A DNA stretch of 64,000 nucleotides from Myxococcota bacterium (lineage in GTDB: Bacteria > Myxococcota_A > UBA796 > UBA2385), in assembly GCA_044344255.1 (NCBI GenBank), contig JBIJDH010000002.1:128001-192000 (forward strand), given 5' to 3'. The notes under the pieces were generated by a model. The model was not told where the DNA came from, ran no database searches, and worked only from the letters and a program-made list of their open reading frames with translations. This document shows positions 49,532 through 61,106 of the stretch, piece by piece (position 1 is the stretch's first letter; each line of letters starts with the position of its first letter). Made by a program: the position numbers and the translations under genes.

Positions 49532-49966
49532 ATGAGCTCTACCATCGCCAAGCCGGCCGACGTCCAGCACGGCTGGTTCGTCATTGACGCCGAGAACGAG
49601 ACCCTTGGCCGCCTCGCCTCCCGCATCGCCGTTGTCCTGCGGGGCAAGCACAAGCCGACCTTCACTCCCCACGTGGACAGCGGTGACTTCGTCATCGTCG
49701 TCAACGTCGAGAAGGTCCAGCTCACGGGTCGCAAGCTCGATCAGAAGTTCTACCATGCCTACTCGGGCTACCCGAGCGGTCTCCGCAGCCGCAACGCCCG
49801 CGAGCTGTTGAGCACCTACCCGGAGCGGGTCCTTGAGCACGCCATCCGCGGCATGCTCCCGAAGAACCGCCTCGCCCGGCAGGTGATCAAGAAGCTGAAG
49901 CTCTACGCTGGGCCCAGCCACCCGCACGTGGCTCAACAGCCCCAGCCCTTCCCCTCCTACGTCTGA
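49532..49966 (+). CDS. rplM: 50S ribosomal protein L13
   Basis: [33 protein letters not shown]. Confidence 0.97.
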   Translation: MSSTIAKPADVQHGWFVIDAENETLGRLASRIAVVLRGKHKPTFTPHVDSGDFVIVVNVEKVQLTGRKLDQKFYHAYSGYPSGLRSRNARELLSTYPERVLEHAIRGMLPKNRLARQVIKKLKLYAGPSHPHVAQQPQPFPSYV

Positions 49967-49990
49967 CACCCGGTCCAGGACGGCGCAATC

Positions 49991-50386
49991 ATGGCCAACA
50001 TCACCCAGTACTACGGCACCGGTCGCCGCAAGACGGCGGTCGCTCGCGTCTTCCTTCGGCCCGGTCACGGCAAGATCGTCGTGAACCACAAGCCCTTCGA
50101 GACCTACTTCGAGCGCGAGAGCAGCAAGCTGATCATCCGTCAGCCGCTGGAGCTCACCGGCTCGGGTGTCTCCTTTGACATCGTCGTCAACGTGAACGGT
50201 GGTGGCAAGTCGGGCCAGGCCGGCGCGGTCCGCCTCGGGATCGCCCGCGCGCTGATCGAGTCCAACCCGTCGCTCCGCGGCGTCCTCAAGGCGAACGGCC
50301 TCCTCACCCGCGACTCCCGTAAGGTCGAGCGGAAGAAGTACGGTCAGCCTGGCGCCCGTAAGCGCTTCCAGTTCAGCAAGCGCTAG
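49991..50386 (+). CDS. rpsI: 30S ribosomal protein S9
   Basis: [28 protein letters not shown]...QFSKR. Confidence 0.97.
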   Translation: MANITQYYGTGRRKTAVARVFLRPGHGKIVVNHKPFETYFERESSKLIIRQPLELTGSGVSFDIVVNVNGGGKSGQAGAVRLGIARALIESNPSLRGVLKANGLLTRDSRKVERKKYGQPGARKRFQFSKR

Positions 50387-50436
50387 TCTCTTCGGGGGGT
50401 GGTTCGAGCTTCGACTGGAGCCGCCCTCCTGCTCTG

Positions 50437-50467
50437 GGCCCTGCGATATTCGCAGGGCCTGCTTTTT
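50437..50467 (+). terminator. Intrinsic terminator after rpsI
   Basis: ggccctgcga-tat-tcgcagggcc followed by tgcttttt. Confidence 0.8.
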
Positions 50468-50547
50468 GGTGCCCCGCGGCCTCTCGTGGGGCCCACTTCG
50501 GCAGGAGCCGCGCCGCTCAGTGGCGCGCGATCGGCCGGGGAGGAGCG

Positions 50548-51312
50548 GTGCCGCAGTCGGACCCAACGGCCATCGCCGTGATCCCGGCGCGATACGGCTC
50601 GCAGCGCCTGCCGGGGAAGGCGCTCGCGGATGTCGCGGGCCGTCCGCTGGTGGTCCGTGTCCTGGAGCGCGCCCGTCGCTGTCGGCGGCTCCACCAGATC
50701 GTCGTCGCGACGGATGACACCCGCATCTTCGAGGCCGTGCGCGCGGCGGGGGGCGAGGCCCGCTGGACCCGCGCCGACCACAGCTCTGGCACCGATCGGG
50801 TGGCCGAGGTGGTCGCATCCTTCCCAGAAGACCGCCTCGTGGTGAACATCCAGGGTGATGAGCCCCTGTTGAACCCCGCCGCTGTGGACGCGCTGATCGA
50901 CGCCTATGAGCCCGACGGGCCCGGCATCCTCACCGCGAGCGCGGCCTTCGAGGGTGACCCCTCCGATGCGTCTCGCGTGAAGGTCGTCACCGACGCGGCC
51001 GGGCGGGCCCTCTACTTCTCTCGCGCCCCGATCCCGGTGGGCGGCCCCTATCGGCTCCATGTCGGCCTCTACGCCTTTCGGGCTGGCACCCTCCGCGCCC
51101 TCGCCGCCCTCCCGGTCGGCGCGTTGGAGCGTTCGGAGCGCCTGGAGCAGCTCCGCTGGTTGGAGGCGGGCTACGCCATCCGGGTGGTGCCGGTCGAGAG
51201 CGGGGGGCCGTCGGTGGACACCGCGGCCGACCTCGAGCGGGTGCGTGCGCTCTTTCTGGCGGCCGAGCTGGCCCCGTCTCCCTTGGCTACCCTCCATCCT
51301 CCTCCGAGGTGA
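50548..51312 (+). CDS. kdsB: 3-deoxy-manno-octulosonate cytidylyltransferase
   Basis: IPARYGSQRLPGK, SGTDR, NIQGDEP, LYFSRAPIP, LEQLRWLE. Confidence 0.93.
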   Translation: MPQSDPTAIAVIPARYGSQRLPGKALADVAGRPLVVRVLERARRCRRLHQIVVATDDTRIFEAVRAAGGEARWTRADHSSGTDRVAEVVASFPEDRLVVNIQGDEPLLNPAAVDALIDAYEPDGPGILTASAAFEGDPSDASRVKVVTDAAGRALYFSRAPIPVGGPYRLHVGLYAFRAGTLRALAALPVGALERSERLEQLRWLEAGYAIRVVPVESGGPSVDTAADLERVRALFLAAELAPSPLATLHPPPR

Positions 51313-51315
51313 CTC

Positions 51316-52943
<1,628 letters not shown>

Positions 52944-52947
<4 letters not shown>

Positions 52948-53585
52948 TCTGGCTGCTGCTCGCGTGCGCGGGCGCGGCGCCGCCGCCCTCCGCGGCGACC
53001 GTGCCCGCTGTGGCGGCTGGGGCGGTCGCAGAGGCGGTGCCGGCCGAGCCCAGGGCCGTCTTCGAGGGGGTGGAGCTGGCGCTGCCCGGGCGCCTCGTGG
53101 CTCAGGCGAGCACCCTCACCGTGGGTCGAAGCGGGGAGGGGGCCGCGGAGGCCGTGGCCGCGGCCGTGCAGACGGCTCCGGCCCGGGGGGAGGAGCCGCC
53201 GCCGCCGCTCAACATCGCCGCGGCCCGCTCCGATTGGGACTTCGCCGCCCGGCGGGTGCGCTTCGAAGGGGAGGTGGTGGCCACGCGTGGTGAGGTCACC
53301 CTCCGCTGCGATCGGCTGCTGGTCACCTTCTCCACCCCTGAGCAGGTCGAGCTGGCCACGGCCTCGGGCCACGTGGTGGTCGAGCGGGGGGCGCGCTCGG
53401 CCCGCGGAGCCCAGGCTGTGCTCGACGCCCGAACCGGGCAGGTGGTGCTCACTGGGGCCCCCGAGCTCTCCGAGGGTAGAAACCGGATGTCGGGAGAGCG
53501 AATCGTCCTCTGGCTCGACGACGAGCGGGTCGAGTGTGAGCGCTGCCAGCTGCGGGTCGACGGTGCCAGCTTCAAGCGCCCCTGA
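52944..53585 (+). CDS. LptA/OstA-family beta-jellyroll protein
   Basis: '[19 protein letters not shown]...ASGHVVV...LTGAPEL...MSGERIVL'; upstream of lptB. Confidence 0.7.
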
Positions 53586-54324
53586 GCCCGCGGTGGAGGG
53601 GGAGGGCCTGCGAGGGCGCGGCCTGCGGCGCGTCCACGGCGGGCGAGCGGTGCTCGCCGGTCTCGACCTCCTCGTGCGGCCGGGGGAGGTGCTCGGCCTC
53701 CTCGGGCCGAACGGCGCTGGCAAGACCACCTGCTTTCGCATCCTGGCCGGCCTCGACGAGGCCGACGCCGGCGCCGTGACCCTCGACGGGCTCCCCCTCG
53801 ACGGGCTCCCCCTCTGGCGGCGGGTGCGGGCCGGCCTCGGCTACCTCGCGCAGGAGCCGTCGGTCTTCCGCGATCTGAGCGTCGAGGACAACCTCCGCGT
53901 CCCCCTCGAGGCGCGGGGAGCGGGTGTGGGTGAGGCCGAAGGGCTGCTCGATCAGCTCGGCCTCCTCCCGCTGCGGCGCGCGCGGGCCGGCACGCTCTCC
54001 GGCGGCGAGCGACGGCGCCTCGAGATCGCGCGCAGCCTCGCCGCCCGGCCCCGGGTGCTGCTGCTCGATGAGCCTTTCGCTGGTGTGGATCCCGTGGCCG
54101 TCGCGGTGCTCCAGCGCCACATCCGGGGCCTGGCCGCCGCTGGCATCGGCGTGCTGCTCACCGATCACGCGGTCCATGAGGCCCTCCACATCTGCGACGC
54201 CGCCATCCTGCTCGACGCGGGGCAGGCGATGGTGCGGGGCAGCCCCGAGGCGGTCGCGGCCGATCCCTTCGCGCGCGCACGCTACCTCGGCCCGGACTTC
54301 CGCCTCCGCCGCTCCGACCGGTGA
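53563..54324 (+). CDS. lptB: LPS export ABC ATPase LptB (start uncertain, 53563 or 53593)
   Basis: GPNGAGKTT, GYLAQEPSVF, LSGGERRRLEIAR, DEPFAGVDP, YLG; upstream of rpoN. Confidence 0.88.
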   Translation: MPASSAPEPAVEGEGLRGRGLRRVHGGRAVLAGLDLLVRPGEVLGLLGPNGAGKTTCFRILAGLDEADAGAVTLDGLPLDGLPLWRRVRAGLGYLAQEPSVFRDLSVEDNLRVPLEARGAGVGEAEGLLDQLGLLPLRRARAGTLSGGERRRLEIARSLAARPRVLLLDEPFAGVDPVAVAVLQRHIRGLAAAGIGVLLTDHAVHEALHICDAAILLDAGQAMVRGSPEAVAADPFARARYLGPDFRLRRSDR

Positions 54325-54336
54325 TCTGGTTTTTCC

Positions 54337-54352
54337 TGCAAGCCTCGTGCCA
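54337..54352 (-). promoter_or_regulatory. Consensus sigma54 site in reverse orientation upstream of rpoN
   Basis: Minus strand TGGCACGAGGCTTGCA; overlaps the -35 position of a plus-strand GTGCCA-N18-TATGAT promoter. Confidence 0.75.
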
Positions 54353-54466
54353 CGCGTCGAGGGGAAGCGGTATGATCCCAGTGTCCCCTTCAGGCTGTCA
54401 CAGCCCTCGTCTCGACGCGCTCTCGGAACCTCGACGCCTCGAGGTTTGAACGCAGGATCCCGCCTC

Positions 54467-55933
54467 ATGTCCCAGCGCCTCGGCCTCGGTCAGCACCTCA
54501 AGCAGACCCAGAACCTCGTCCTCACCCAGCAGATGCAGCAGGCGATCAAGATCCTGCAGCTCAACCACCTGGAGCTGATCAACGAGATCCAAGAGGAGCT
54601 CTCCCAGAACCCGACCCTCGAAGAGGCGAGCACCAGCCAGACCACCGAGTACGACGAAGGGCAGGCCTCCCTGGAGCGGGGCGCGGCCGCACAAGCGGAG
54701 GACGTGGTCGATCAGAACAACGGCAGCACCGAGGCCCCCGGCGGGGAGCGCGACTGGGGCCAGCTCCTCCAAGAGCAAGGGAGCGCCCCCGGCGACTTCA
54801 AGAACGCCGCTGGGCCGAGCCCCTTCGATGACCTGCCCTCCATCGATCAGACGCTGGCGGCCTCAGAGAGCCTCTCCCAGCACCTCATCGCGCAGATCGG
54901 CACCGTGAGCTGCCGCTCGGAGGTCCGTCAGGCCTGTGTGGCCATCGTGCTCAACCTGGACGGTCGGGGTTGGCTCGAGATGTCCCTGGAAGAGGTGGCG
55001 ACGGAGGCCGAGGTCAGCCTGGAGGACGCCCAGGATGCCCTGGACATTGTCCAGTCCCTCGATCCGATCGGCTGCGGCGCTCGCTCGCTGGTGGAGTGCC
55101 TCTGCGTGCAGGCCGCGCTGCTCTGGCCGGAGGACCCCTCTTTCGCCCGAATCATCACCCACCACCTCTCAGACCTGCAAGCCCGAAACTACCCGTCCAT
55201 CGGCCGGGCCATGGACATGCACCTCGAAGATGTGGTCGAATACCACAAGATGATCCAGACCCTCGAGCCCTGGCCGGGTCGGCCCTACGGCGAGCCCCCC
55301 AACCCCTACATCACGCCGGATGTAGAGGTGGTCAAGATGGGCGGCCGCTGGCAGATCCGCCAAAATGAGGACGGTCTCCCTCGGCTTCGGGTCAGCCCGT
55401 ACTACCGTGGTGTGCTTCAGGACGGGGGCTCCACCCGCGAAGAGAAGAAGTTCATCAAGGAGCGGCTAGAGGCCGCAGAGTTCCTGATCAAGAGCATCTA
55501 CCAGCGGCAGAGCACCATCCAGAAGGTCATGAACGTGATCTTGGAGCGGCAGGAGGGCTTCTTCGATCGAGGCCCCGAGCAGCTTCGACCGATGATCCTG
55601 CGAAATGTGGCCGAAGAGATCGGCGTCCACGAGAGCACGGTCTCCCGGGCCACATCAAACAAGTATGTGCTTACACCGCATGGGATCTTCGAGCTCAAGT
55701 ACTTCTTTGACGCCGCCATCCAACGGACTCACGGGGAAGACCTTGCCGGCGAGGCGGTCCGTGAAAAGCTTAGGAAGCTGATACAAGAGGAGGATAGGAA
55801 GAACCCACTGTCAGACGAAGCGCTCGTTCAACTGCTGACGAAACAAAACGTCAAGATCGCCCGTCGAACGGTCGCAAAGTACCGCGATCAAATGGGAATC
55901 TTGCCGTCGAGTCAGCGGAAGCAGATGTTCTAA
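54467..55933 (+). CDS. rpoN: RNA polymerase sigma-54 factor
   Basis: Gln-rich region I, 'HESTVSRATSNKY', RpoN box ARRTVAKYR. Confidence 0.97.
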   Translation: MSQRLGLGQHLKQTQNLVLTQQMQQAIKILQLNHLELINEIQEELSQNPTLEEASTSQTTEYDEGQASLERGAAAQAEDVVDQNNGSTEAPGGERDWGQLLQEQGSAPGDFKNAAGPSPFDDLPSIDQTLAASESLSQHLIAQIGTVSCRSEVRQACVAIVLNLDGRGWLEMSLEEVATEAEVSLEDAQDALDIVQSLDPIGCGARSLVECLCVQAALLWPEDPSFARIITHHLSDLQARNYPSIGRAMDMHLEDVVEYHKMIQTLEPWPGRPYGEPPNPYITPDVEVVKMGGRWQIRQNEDGLPRLRVSPYYRGVLQDGGSTREEKKFIKERLEAAEFLIKSIYQRQSTIQKVMNVILERQEGFFDRGPEQLRPMILRNVAEEIGVHESTVSRATSNKYVLTPHGIFELKYFFDAAIQRTHGEDLAGEAVREKLRKLIQEEDRKNPLSDEALVQLLTKQNVKIARRTVAKYRDQMGILPSSQRKQMF

Positions 55934-55984
55934 TCGAGGGTCAATCCGGCCCGCCAGCAAGGTAACTACCGAGGGAGTCAAGCG

Positions 55985-56323
55985 ATGAGCCTGGAGATCA
56001 CCTTTCGTCACATGGAACCCAGTGATGCGGTCCGCGAGCGTGCCGAGAAGAAGTTCAAGAAGGTGGCCAAGCACTTGCGTCCCCCGATCGAAGGCCACCT
56101 CGTCGTCAAGGTGGAGAAGCACCGCCACAGCGCCGAGCTCACGGTTTCGGGCGGCGGGGAGCACTTCAGCGCGCACGACGTGACGGAAGACCTCTACGCC
56201 ACGATCGACACCGTGATGGAGAAGGTCGAGCGGGCGGTGCAGCGCGCCAAGGAGCGCCACATCGATCAGGCGCACCACGTCCCCGACCCGCTGCTCGTCG
56301 ACGGCTTCACGTCGTCGAAGTAG
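55985..56323 (+). CDS. hpf: Ribosome hibernation promoting factor (HPF/RaiA, short form)
   Basis: ITFRHME, DLYATID; directly after rpoN. Confidence 0.9.
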   Translation: MSLEITFRHMEPSDAVRERAEKKFKKVAKHLRPPIEGHLVVKVEKHRHSAELTVSGGGEHFSAHDVTEDLYATIDTVMEKVERAVQRAKERHIDQAHHVPDPLLVDGFTSSK

Positions 56324-56383
56324 GCGCCACGGGCGATCCCGGGCGGGCCGCAGGGCCGCCCGGGGCTCGCCGAGCCACGGGGC

Positions 56384-57586
56384 TCAGCGGCGGCGGCGGC
56401 TGACCAGGCCGAGCAGGGCGATCAAGACGAGCCCGCTCGCCTCCACCGGCACGGCGGCGCAGCGGCTGCCACCGCCCCGCAGGTAGGGGTTCAGGTCGCA
56501 CTTGTCGCCGATGCCGTCCCCGTCGCGGTCCAGCTGGGAGGGGTTTGGCTCCAGCGGGCAGTTGTCGCAGACGTCGCCGATGCGGTCGCCGTCGGAGTCG
56601 ATCTTGTCGAGCTCCTTTACATTGGGGCACAAGTCGCAGGCGTCGCCGTTGCCGTCGAGGTCGCTGTCCTCTTGGAAGCCGTTCGGCGTCTCGACGCAGT
56701 TGTCGCAGCTGTCGCCGACCAGGTCTTCGTCGGTGTCGATCTGGTCTGGGTCGGCCGCCGTGGGGCAGATGTCGCAGAGGTCGCCGACGCCGTCCTGATC
56801 AGAGTCGGACTGGTCTTCGTTGAAGTCGTAGGGACAGTTGTCGCAGACGTCGCCGAGGCCGTCCCCGTCGAGGTCACCCTGGTCGATGTTGGTGACCTCG
56901 GGGCAGTTGTCACACTCGTCTCCGACCTCATCGGCGTCGATGTCGGCCTGGTCGTCATTCTCGGTGACGGGGCAGTTGTCGCACTGGTCGCCCACGAGGT
57001 CGTAGTCGGTGTCGTCTTGCGAGGGGTTGAATTCCTCGGGACAGTTGTCGCAGGCGTCACCGAGCTCATCTTCGTCGCTGTCGAGCTGGTCTTCGTTGGC
57101 GACGTAGATGCAGTTGTCGCAGTAGTCCCCGAGCGTGTCGTCGTCGTGGTTCTCTTGCTGGTTGTTGGAGACGGTCGGGCAGTTGTCGCAGGGGTCACCG
57201 ACGTCGTCGCAGTCATCGTCCCGCTGATCGGGGTTGTAGTCCTCGGGGCAATTGTCACACTTGAGGATGCCCATGACGTCTGGGTAGGTGGCGTCCTCCG
57301 GATACTGTACGGTGCCGGACGAGAGCCCGTCGCCGTCCCCGTCGTACATCGACACCGGGAACTGACAACCGTACGACCAGTAGTCGTAGTAATAGTCAGC
57401 GTTGGGGTATGGGTTCCCGTCCTCGTCCACCTGCTCGAGGCACTCGGGATCGGTCAGATCGACCGGCCGTTCGTCCACCACGTCGATCGTGTTGCAGTTC
57501 AGATCCTGCTGCAGGTCGTTGTAGCAGGCGTCCTGCGCGAAGGCCGAAGAGCCGAGGAGGAGGCTGAGGAGGGTCAGGATCGTCAT
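56384..57586 (-). CDS. Thrombospondin type-3 repeat surface protein with MYXO-CTERM-like tail
   Basis: Signal peptide; 11 tandem 23-aa CDNCPxxxNxDQxDxDxDxxGD repeats; tail GGGSRC...LVLIALLGLVSRRRR. Confidence 0.85.
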   Translation of the reverse strand: MTILTLLSLLLGSSAFAQDACYNDLQQDLNCNTIDVVDERPVDLTDPECLEQVDEDGNPYPNADYYYDYWSYGCQFPVSMYDGDGDGLSSGTVQYPEDATYPDVMGILKCDNCPEDYNPDQRDDDCDDVGDPCDNCPTVSNNQQENHDDDTLGDYCDNCIYVANEDQLDSDEDELGDACDNCPEEFNPSQDDTDYDLVGDQCDNCPVTENDDQADIDADEVGDECDNCPEVTNIDQGDLDGDGLGDVCDNCPYDFNEDQSDSDQDGVGDLCDICPTAADPDQIDTDEDLVGDSCDNCVETPNGFQEDSDLDGNGDACDLCPNVKELDKIDSDGDRIGDVCDNCPLEPNPSQLDRDGDGIGDKCDLNPYLRGGGSRCAAVPVEASGLVLIALLGLVSRRRR

Positions 57587-59268
57587 GGGCCGTTCCCTGG
57601 GGGTGGCGCTGCGGGTGTGCCGCCGCTGGGCTGCTTCTCGCTGGGGATCTCGACCGGTTCATCCTCCTCGAGGAAGGCGTTCAGGTCGAGGGGGTCTCCC
57701 GGCTTGGCCTTCGGCTTCTCCTTGGGGGGGAGCGGCGGCGGCGGCGGCGGGTTGATGATGGTGGCGGGGTCGCCGCTCCAGGGGAGACGTACGTTTTCGC
57801 GGAGGGGAGGGGGCGTGTCGCCCATCTCGTACTGCTTGATGATGTCGAACTCGACCCGCCGGTTCGTCGCGAGGCTGGCCTCGTCGCCGCCGCCGATGCT
57901 GGGCACCGTCTCGCCCATGCCGCGGTAGCTGATGCGGTCTGGGTGGACGCCCACGCGGATGAGCTCCTCCCAGACCGCGCGGGCGCGGCGGATGGAGAGG
58001 TCGTAGTTGTAGACGAAGCTGCCCTCTTCGCTGGCGTGCCCCTCGACCACCACGTGGGCGATCTGCCAGTTCTTGTCCATGAGGTCGGCGACGTAGCGGA
58101 GGGTCGGCAGCGAGGCCGGCAGGATCCGTTCGGTGTTGAACTCGAACTGGATGGGGTCGCGGATGACGATCTGCTCGCCCTTGACCTTGGCGAGCTCCTC
58201 CTCTCCCCACTTCTCCTCGACCGGCGGCGGCTCGGGGGGAGGGTTGCGCGGCGGAGGGGCCTCCTCGGGGACCTCGGTGACCACGATGCGCGGCGGCGGC
58301 TCGGCCGGCGGCTTGTGGTGGATCCAGGTCAGGCCCACCATCGCGCGGAGGCCCGTGGTGCCGTAGCCGTCGGCTACGCCCTTCCCGACGCCGGCGTCGA
58401 TGAGCAGGTCTCGGCTCGGCCAGATCTGGAGGCTGGAGGTGAGCTCCGCCGGGTTCTCCGCCCCTGCGAGGCCGATGAAGCCCAGGCCGCCACGGGTGAT
58501 CAGGCCAGCGCCCACCGAGGCCCGCTCGGGCCAGACGTTGTAGCGGACGCCGAGGCCGGTCACGAGCTCGGAGCCGAGGGTGAAGTCGGCCGGGGTCTCG
58601 ACGGGGGGCCGAGCGGTGAAGTTGACGTCGGCCAGGATGTCGAAGAGGCGAATGCGGCCCATCATCAAGGGGCCGGCGATCACGCGGGGCGTGTCCTCTC
58701 CCATCCAGGCCTGCTTGGTGCCGGAAGGGAAGGCGCCGTCGGCGCGGAGCGTCAGCCAGAAGCCCTTGGTCAGGGTGCGCGGGCGCACGAGGCCGAGGCG
58801 GAAGCCTGCGACCACGTCGCCGGCGACGGGCCCGTCGTGGGCGAACTGGTCTACATCGCTGCCCCACTGGAGCGCCACCGGGTACATCACCCGCATCGAG
58901 GCGAACCGCCCGAAGTCCCAAGCGCCGCCGATCTGGAGGGTCTGGCGGTTGCTCACCACCGGGCCGATCTCCTCGGGGTTGCGGTCGCGGAGCTCATAGA
59001 GGATGAGCGGGTCCTTCTCGTACTGGGTGAGCCCGCCGATGCGGAAGGTCCCCCCGTCGATCACCGGGCTGTCAATGCCGGGCAGCGACAGGTAGGACCA
59101 GGTGGGGCGAACGAGCTCGATGTCGGCCGAGGTGCCGGCGGCGCGCGCGTCGGGGGCCCAGCCGAGGAGCCCGAGGGCGCCGAGGGTGCCCCACGCGGCG
59201 AGGCTGCCCCACGCGGCGAGGCGCGGAGGGGTGCGGGAGCTGGATGGGGCGGTCGGGCGGCGGGTCAT
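57583..59268 (-). CDS. OM beta-barrel plus Pro-rich linker plus OmpA-like peptidoglycan-binding domain (TraB-like)
   Basis: 'IQFEFNTERIL...VEGHAS...NYDLSIRRARAV...GMGET...NRRVEF'; N-terminal amphipathic strands. Confidence 0.85.
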   Translation of the reverse strand: MTRRPTAPSSSRTPPRLAAWGSLAAWGTLGALGLLGWAPDARAAGTSADIELVRPTWSYLSLPGIDSPVIDGGTFRIGGLTQYEKDPLILYELRDRNPEEIGPVVSNRQTLQIGGAWDFGRFASMRVMYPVALQWGSDVDQFAHDGPVAGDVVAGFRLGLVRPRTLTKGFWLTLRADGAFPSGTKQAWMGEDTPRVIAGPLMMGRIRLFDILADVNFTARPPVETPADFTLGSELVTGLGVRYNVWPERASVGAGLITRGGLGFIGLAGAENPAELTSSLQIWPSRDLLIDAGVGKGVADGYGTTGLRAMVGLTWIHHKPPAEPPPRIVVTEVPEEAPPPRNPPPEPPPVEEKWGEEELAKVKGEQIVIRDPIQFEFNTERILPASLPTLRYVADLMDKNWQIAHVVVEGHASEEGSFVYNYDLSIRRARAVWEELIRVGVHPDRISYRGMGETVPSIGGGDEASLATNRRVEFDIIKQYEMGDTPPPLRENVRLPWSGDPATIINPPPPPPLPPKEKPKAKPGDPLDLNAFLEEDEPVEIPSEKQPSGGTPAAPPPGNGP

Positions 59269-60134
59269 CGGCCACCTCCCTGGCCTGAAGAGGCGGGCGG
59301 CGCGGCGGTGGCCGGCGCGGAGGGGGGCTCAGCGGGGGCGGCCCCGGCGGCAGGGGGCGACTCGGCGGCAGGGGGCGACTCGGCGGCGGGCGAGGCGACG
59401 GGGCCGGGCGCCGGCGGGGCCTCGGGGGCCGCGCTCGTGGAGCGCGCCTGTTCGAGGCCGAGATCGACGAAGAGCTGTCGGTTGAAGGCGCCGGAGAGCT
59501 CCTCGGCGGTGCCCTCGTCGTAGTAGTTGTTGGGGATGGCCTGCCGCTCGACGAGGCCGCGGTGTGTCATCGGCGTCGCGCCGAGCACGAAGCCGCCGGT
59601 GGCCGCGATGGCGAGGGTGGTCCAGGTCCGATCGAGGTTTCGGGAAGACTCGCCGGACCGCATCGTGAAGAGGGGCACCGGGCTCAGCGCGAGGAGGCCG
59701 ATGCCGGTCCATCGGAGGACGCGGCCTCGTTTCACGGCGCGATCCCGCTCCTCGGTGATGCGGGCGCTGACCTCGTCATCATGCACCAGCTCGGCGAAGC
59801 GGCGCGCGGTGATGGGGTTGCCGACCCCGTCCAACACGGCCCAGCGCGACTGGTCGAAGCTGCCGGGGACGGGCTTGTGCTCCTCGACGCGGAGCTTCTG
59901 GAGCTGGAAGCGGGCCTCCAGCTCGGCGAGCCGGGGGTCCTCCGCGACCTGAACGGCCGGCGGGGGCAAGGTGACCCGAATCGGGGCCAAATCCTTCGCG
60001 ACGTCCTTCGCGGCGTCGCCTGGGACGTCGGTCGGGGCGTCCTTCGAAGCTTCAATTTGGGTGGTCTCCGGCGTGCTCGCGGGTGGACTCGCCTCTCCCG
60101 CGGCCAGAGCGCCGGACACCAGCAACAACCACAT
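59265..60134 (-). CDS. Exported or membrane hypothetical protein with two hydrophobic helices
   Basis: Signal 'MWLLLVSGALA'; overlapping stop and start with the OmpA-family gene. Confidence 0.6.
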   Translation of the reverse strand: MWLLLVSGALAAGEASPPASTPETTQIEASKDAPTDVPGDAAKDVAKDLAPIRVTLPPPAVQVAEDPRLAELEARFQLQKLRVEEHKPVPGSFDQSRWAVLDGVGNPITARRFAELVHDDEVSARITEERDRAVKRGRVLRWTGIGLLALSPVPLFTMRSGESSRNLDRTWTTLAIAATGGFVLGATPMTHRGLVERQAIPNNYYDEGTAEELSGAFNRQLFVDLGLEQARSTSAAPEAPPAPGPVASPAAESPPAAESPPAAGAAPAEPPSAPATAAPPASSGQGGGR

Positions 60135-60233
60135 CAGCTTCCTCCGGGCGGCGCGACTGCGGACACCGAGGGGCACCCGACCCCGGCCCAGGATAACCAA
60201 CCCGCCCTGGCTTCGCTGGCATGAGGTGCACGC

Positions 60234-61106
60234 ATGTCTGGATTCGCTCCCTCTTCATCGGTCCGCCCCTCGCGGGCGGTGGTTCCAGCATGGGCCGCCC
60301 TGATCGGCCTCTGCAGCCTCTTTGCGCTCGCCTGCTCCGGTGACGGTGGGAAGGCTGGGGGCGACGGCGGGGGCGGTGACGGCTCCTCGACCCCCCCCGA
60401 CGACACCGGCGGCGGCGACGGGACGGACGGCGGCACCGCCCTCGATCCCGTCTGCACCGAGGCCACCGAGCCGGCCTGTGTAGACGCGATGATCCTCGAC
60501 CTCTCGCTCCACGACGACAAGGTGAGCGAGGGAGAGGTGGTCACCACCGCGGACGGCGCCGACTTCCTCACCCTCGTGGACGCCACGGCTGGGGGCTACA
60601 ACGCCTACACCCGCAACGCCTGGACGTACGTGAAGTTCACCCCCGAGGGTGCCGTTCGGGTGGACATCGACGACGAGACGGCCCTCGAGAGCCTGGACTG
60701 GGACCTCTCCCTCCGTCGGTACCTGATCCGCATGAACAGCGGGGTCTCCGGCCCCTCCTGCGTGGGAGCCGCCTCCCTCACAGACGTCGAGTATGAAGAC
60801 GTCACCGAGATCCCCACGGGGGTCACCTACGACGTCGAAGACTTCTACGACGAGGCCTGTGACCTCCGGGGCGACCAATCCGGCCTCCCCGACAGCCCAG
60901 ACGTTCAGCTCGGGGACTGGTGGAAATACAAGGGCCAGTGTGTGGCGACCACCGGTGTGCCCCATCTGATCCAGCTCGCCGACGGGCACATCCTCAAATT
61001 GAGAGTTGAGGCCTACTATGGCTCCGGCCAGGAGGACTGCAACGCGAGCGGCAAGACGGGGGAAGACTCCGCGATGATCTCCCTTCGCTGGCAGATGCTG
61101 AATTGA
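60234..61106 (+). CDS. HmuY-family lipoprotein
   Basis: Lipobox 'ALACS'; 'DATAGG...WTYVKF', 'DWDLSLRRYLIRMNSGVSGP', 'LKLRVEAYY'. Confidence 0.7.
   Translation: MSGFAPSSSVRPSRAVVPAWAALIGLCSLFALACSGDGGKAGGDGGGGDGSSTPPDDTGGGDGTDGGTALDPVCTEATEPACVDAMILDLSLHDDKVSEGEVVTTADGADFLTLVDATAGGYNAYTRNAWTYVKFTPEGAVRVDIDDETALESLDWDLSLRRYLIRMNSGVSGPSCVGAASLTDVEYEDVTEIPTGVTYDVEDFYDEACDLRGDQSGLPDSPDVQLGDWWKYKGQCVATTGVPHLIQLADGHILKLRVEAYYGSGQEDCNASGKTGEDSAMISLRWQMLN

Noticed and set aside
56500..57260. 69-bp periodic DNA repeats as a non-coding array
   Set aside because: Fully explained by the coding TSP3 repeats.
60217..60233. Sigma54 promoter upstream of the HmuY-like gene
   Set aside because: TGGCATGAGGTGC gives GG-N8-GC, the wrong spacing, and it abuts the start codon.
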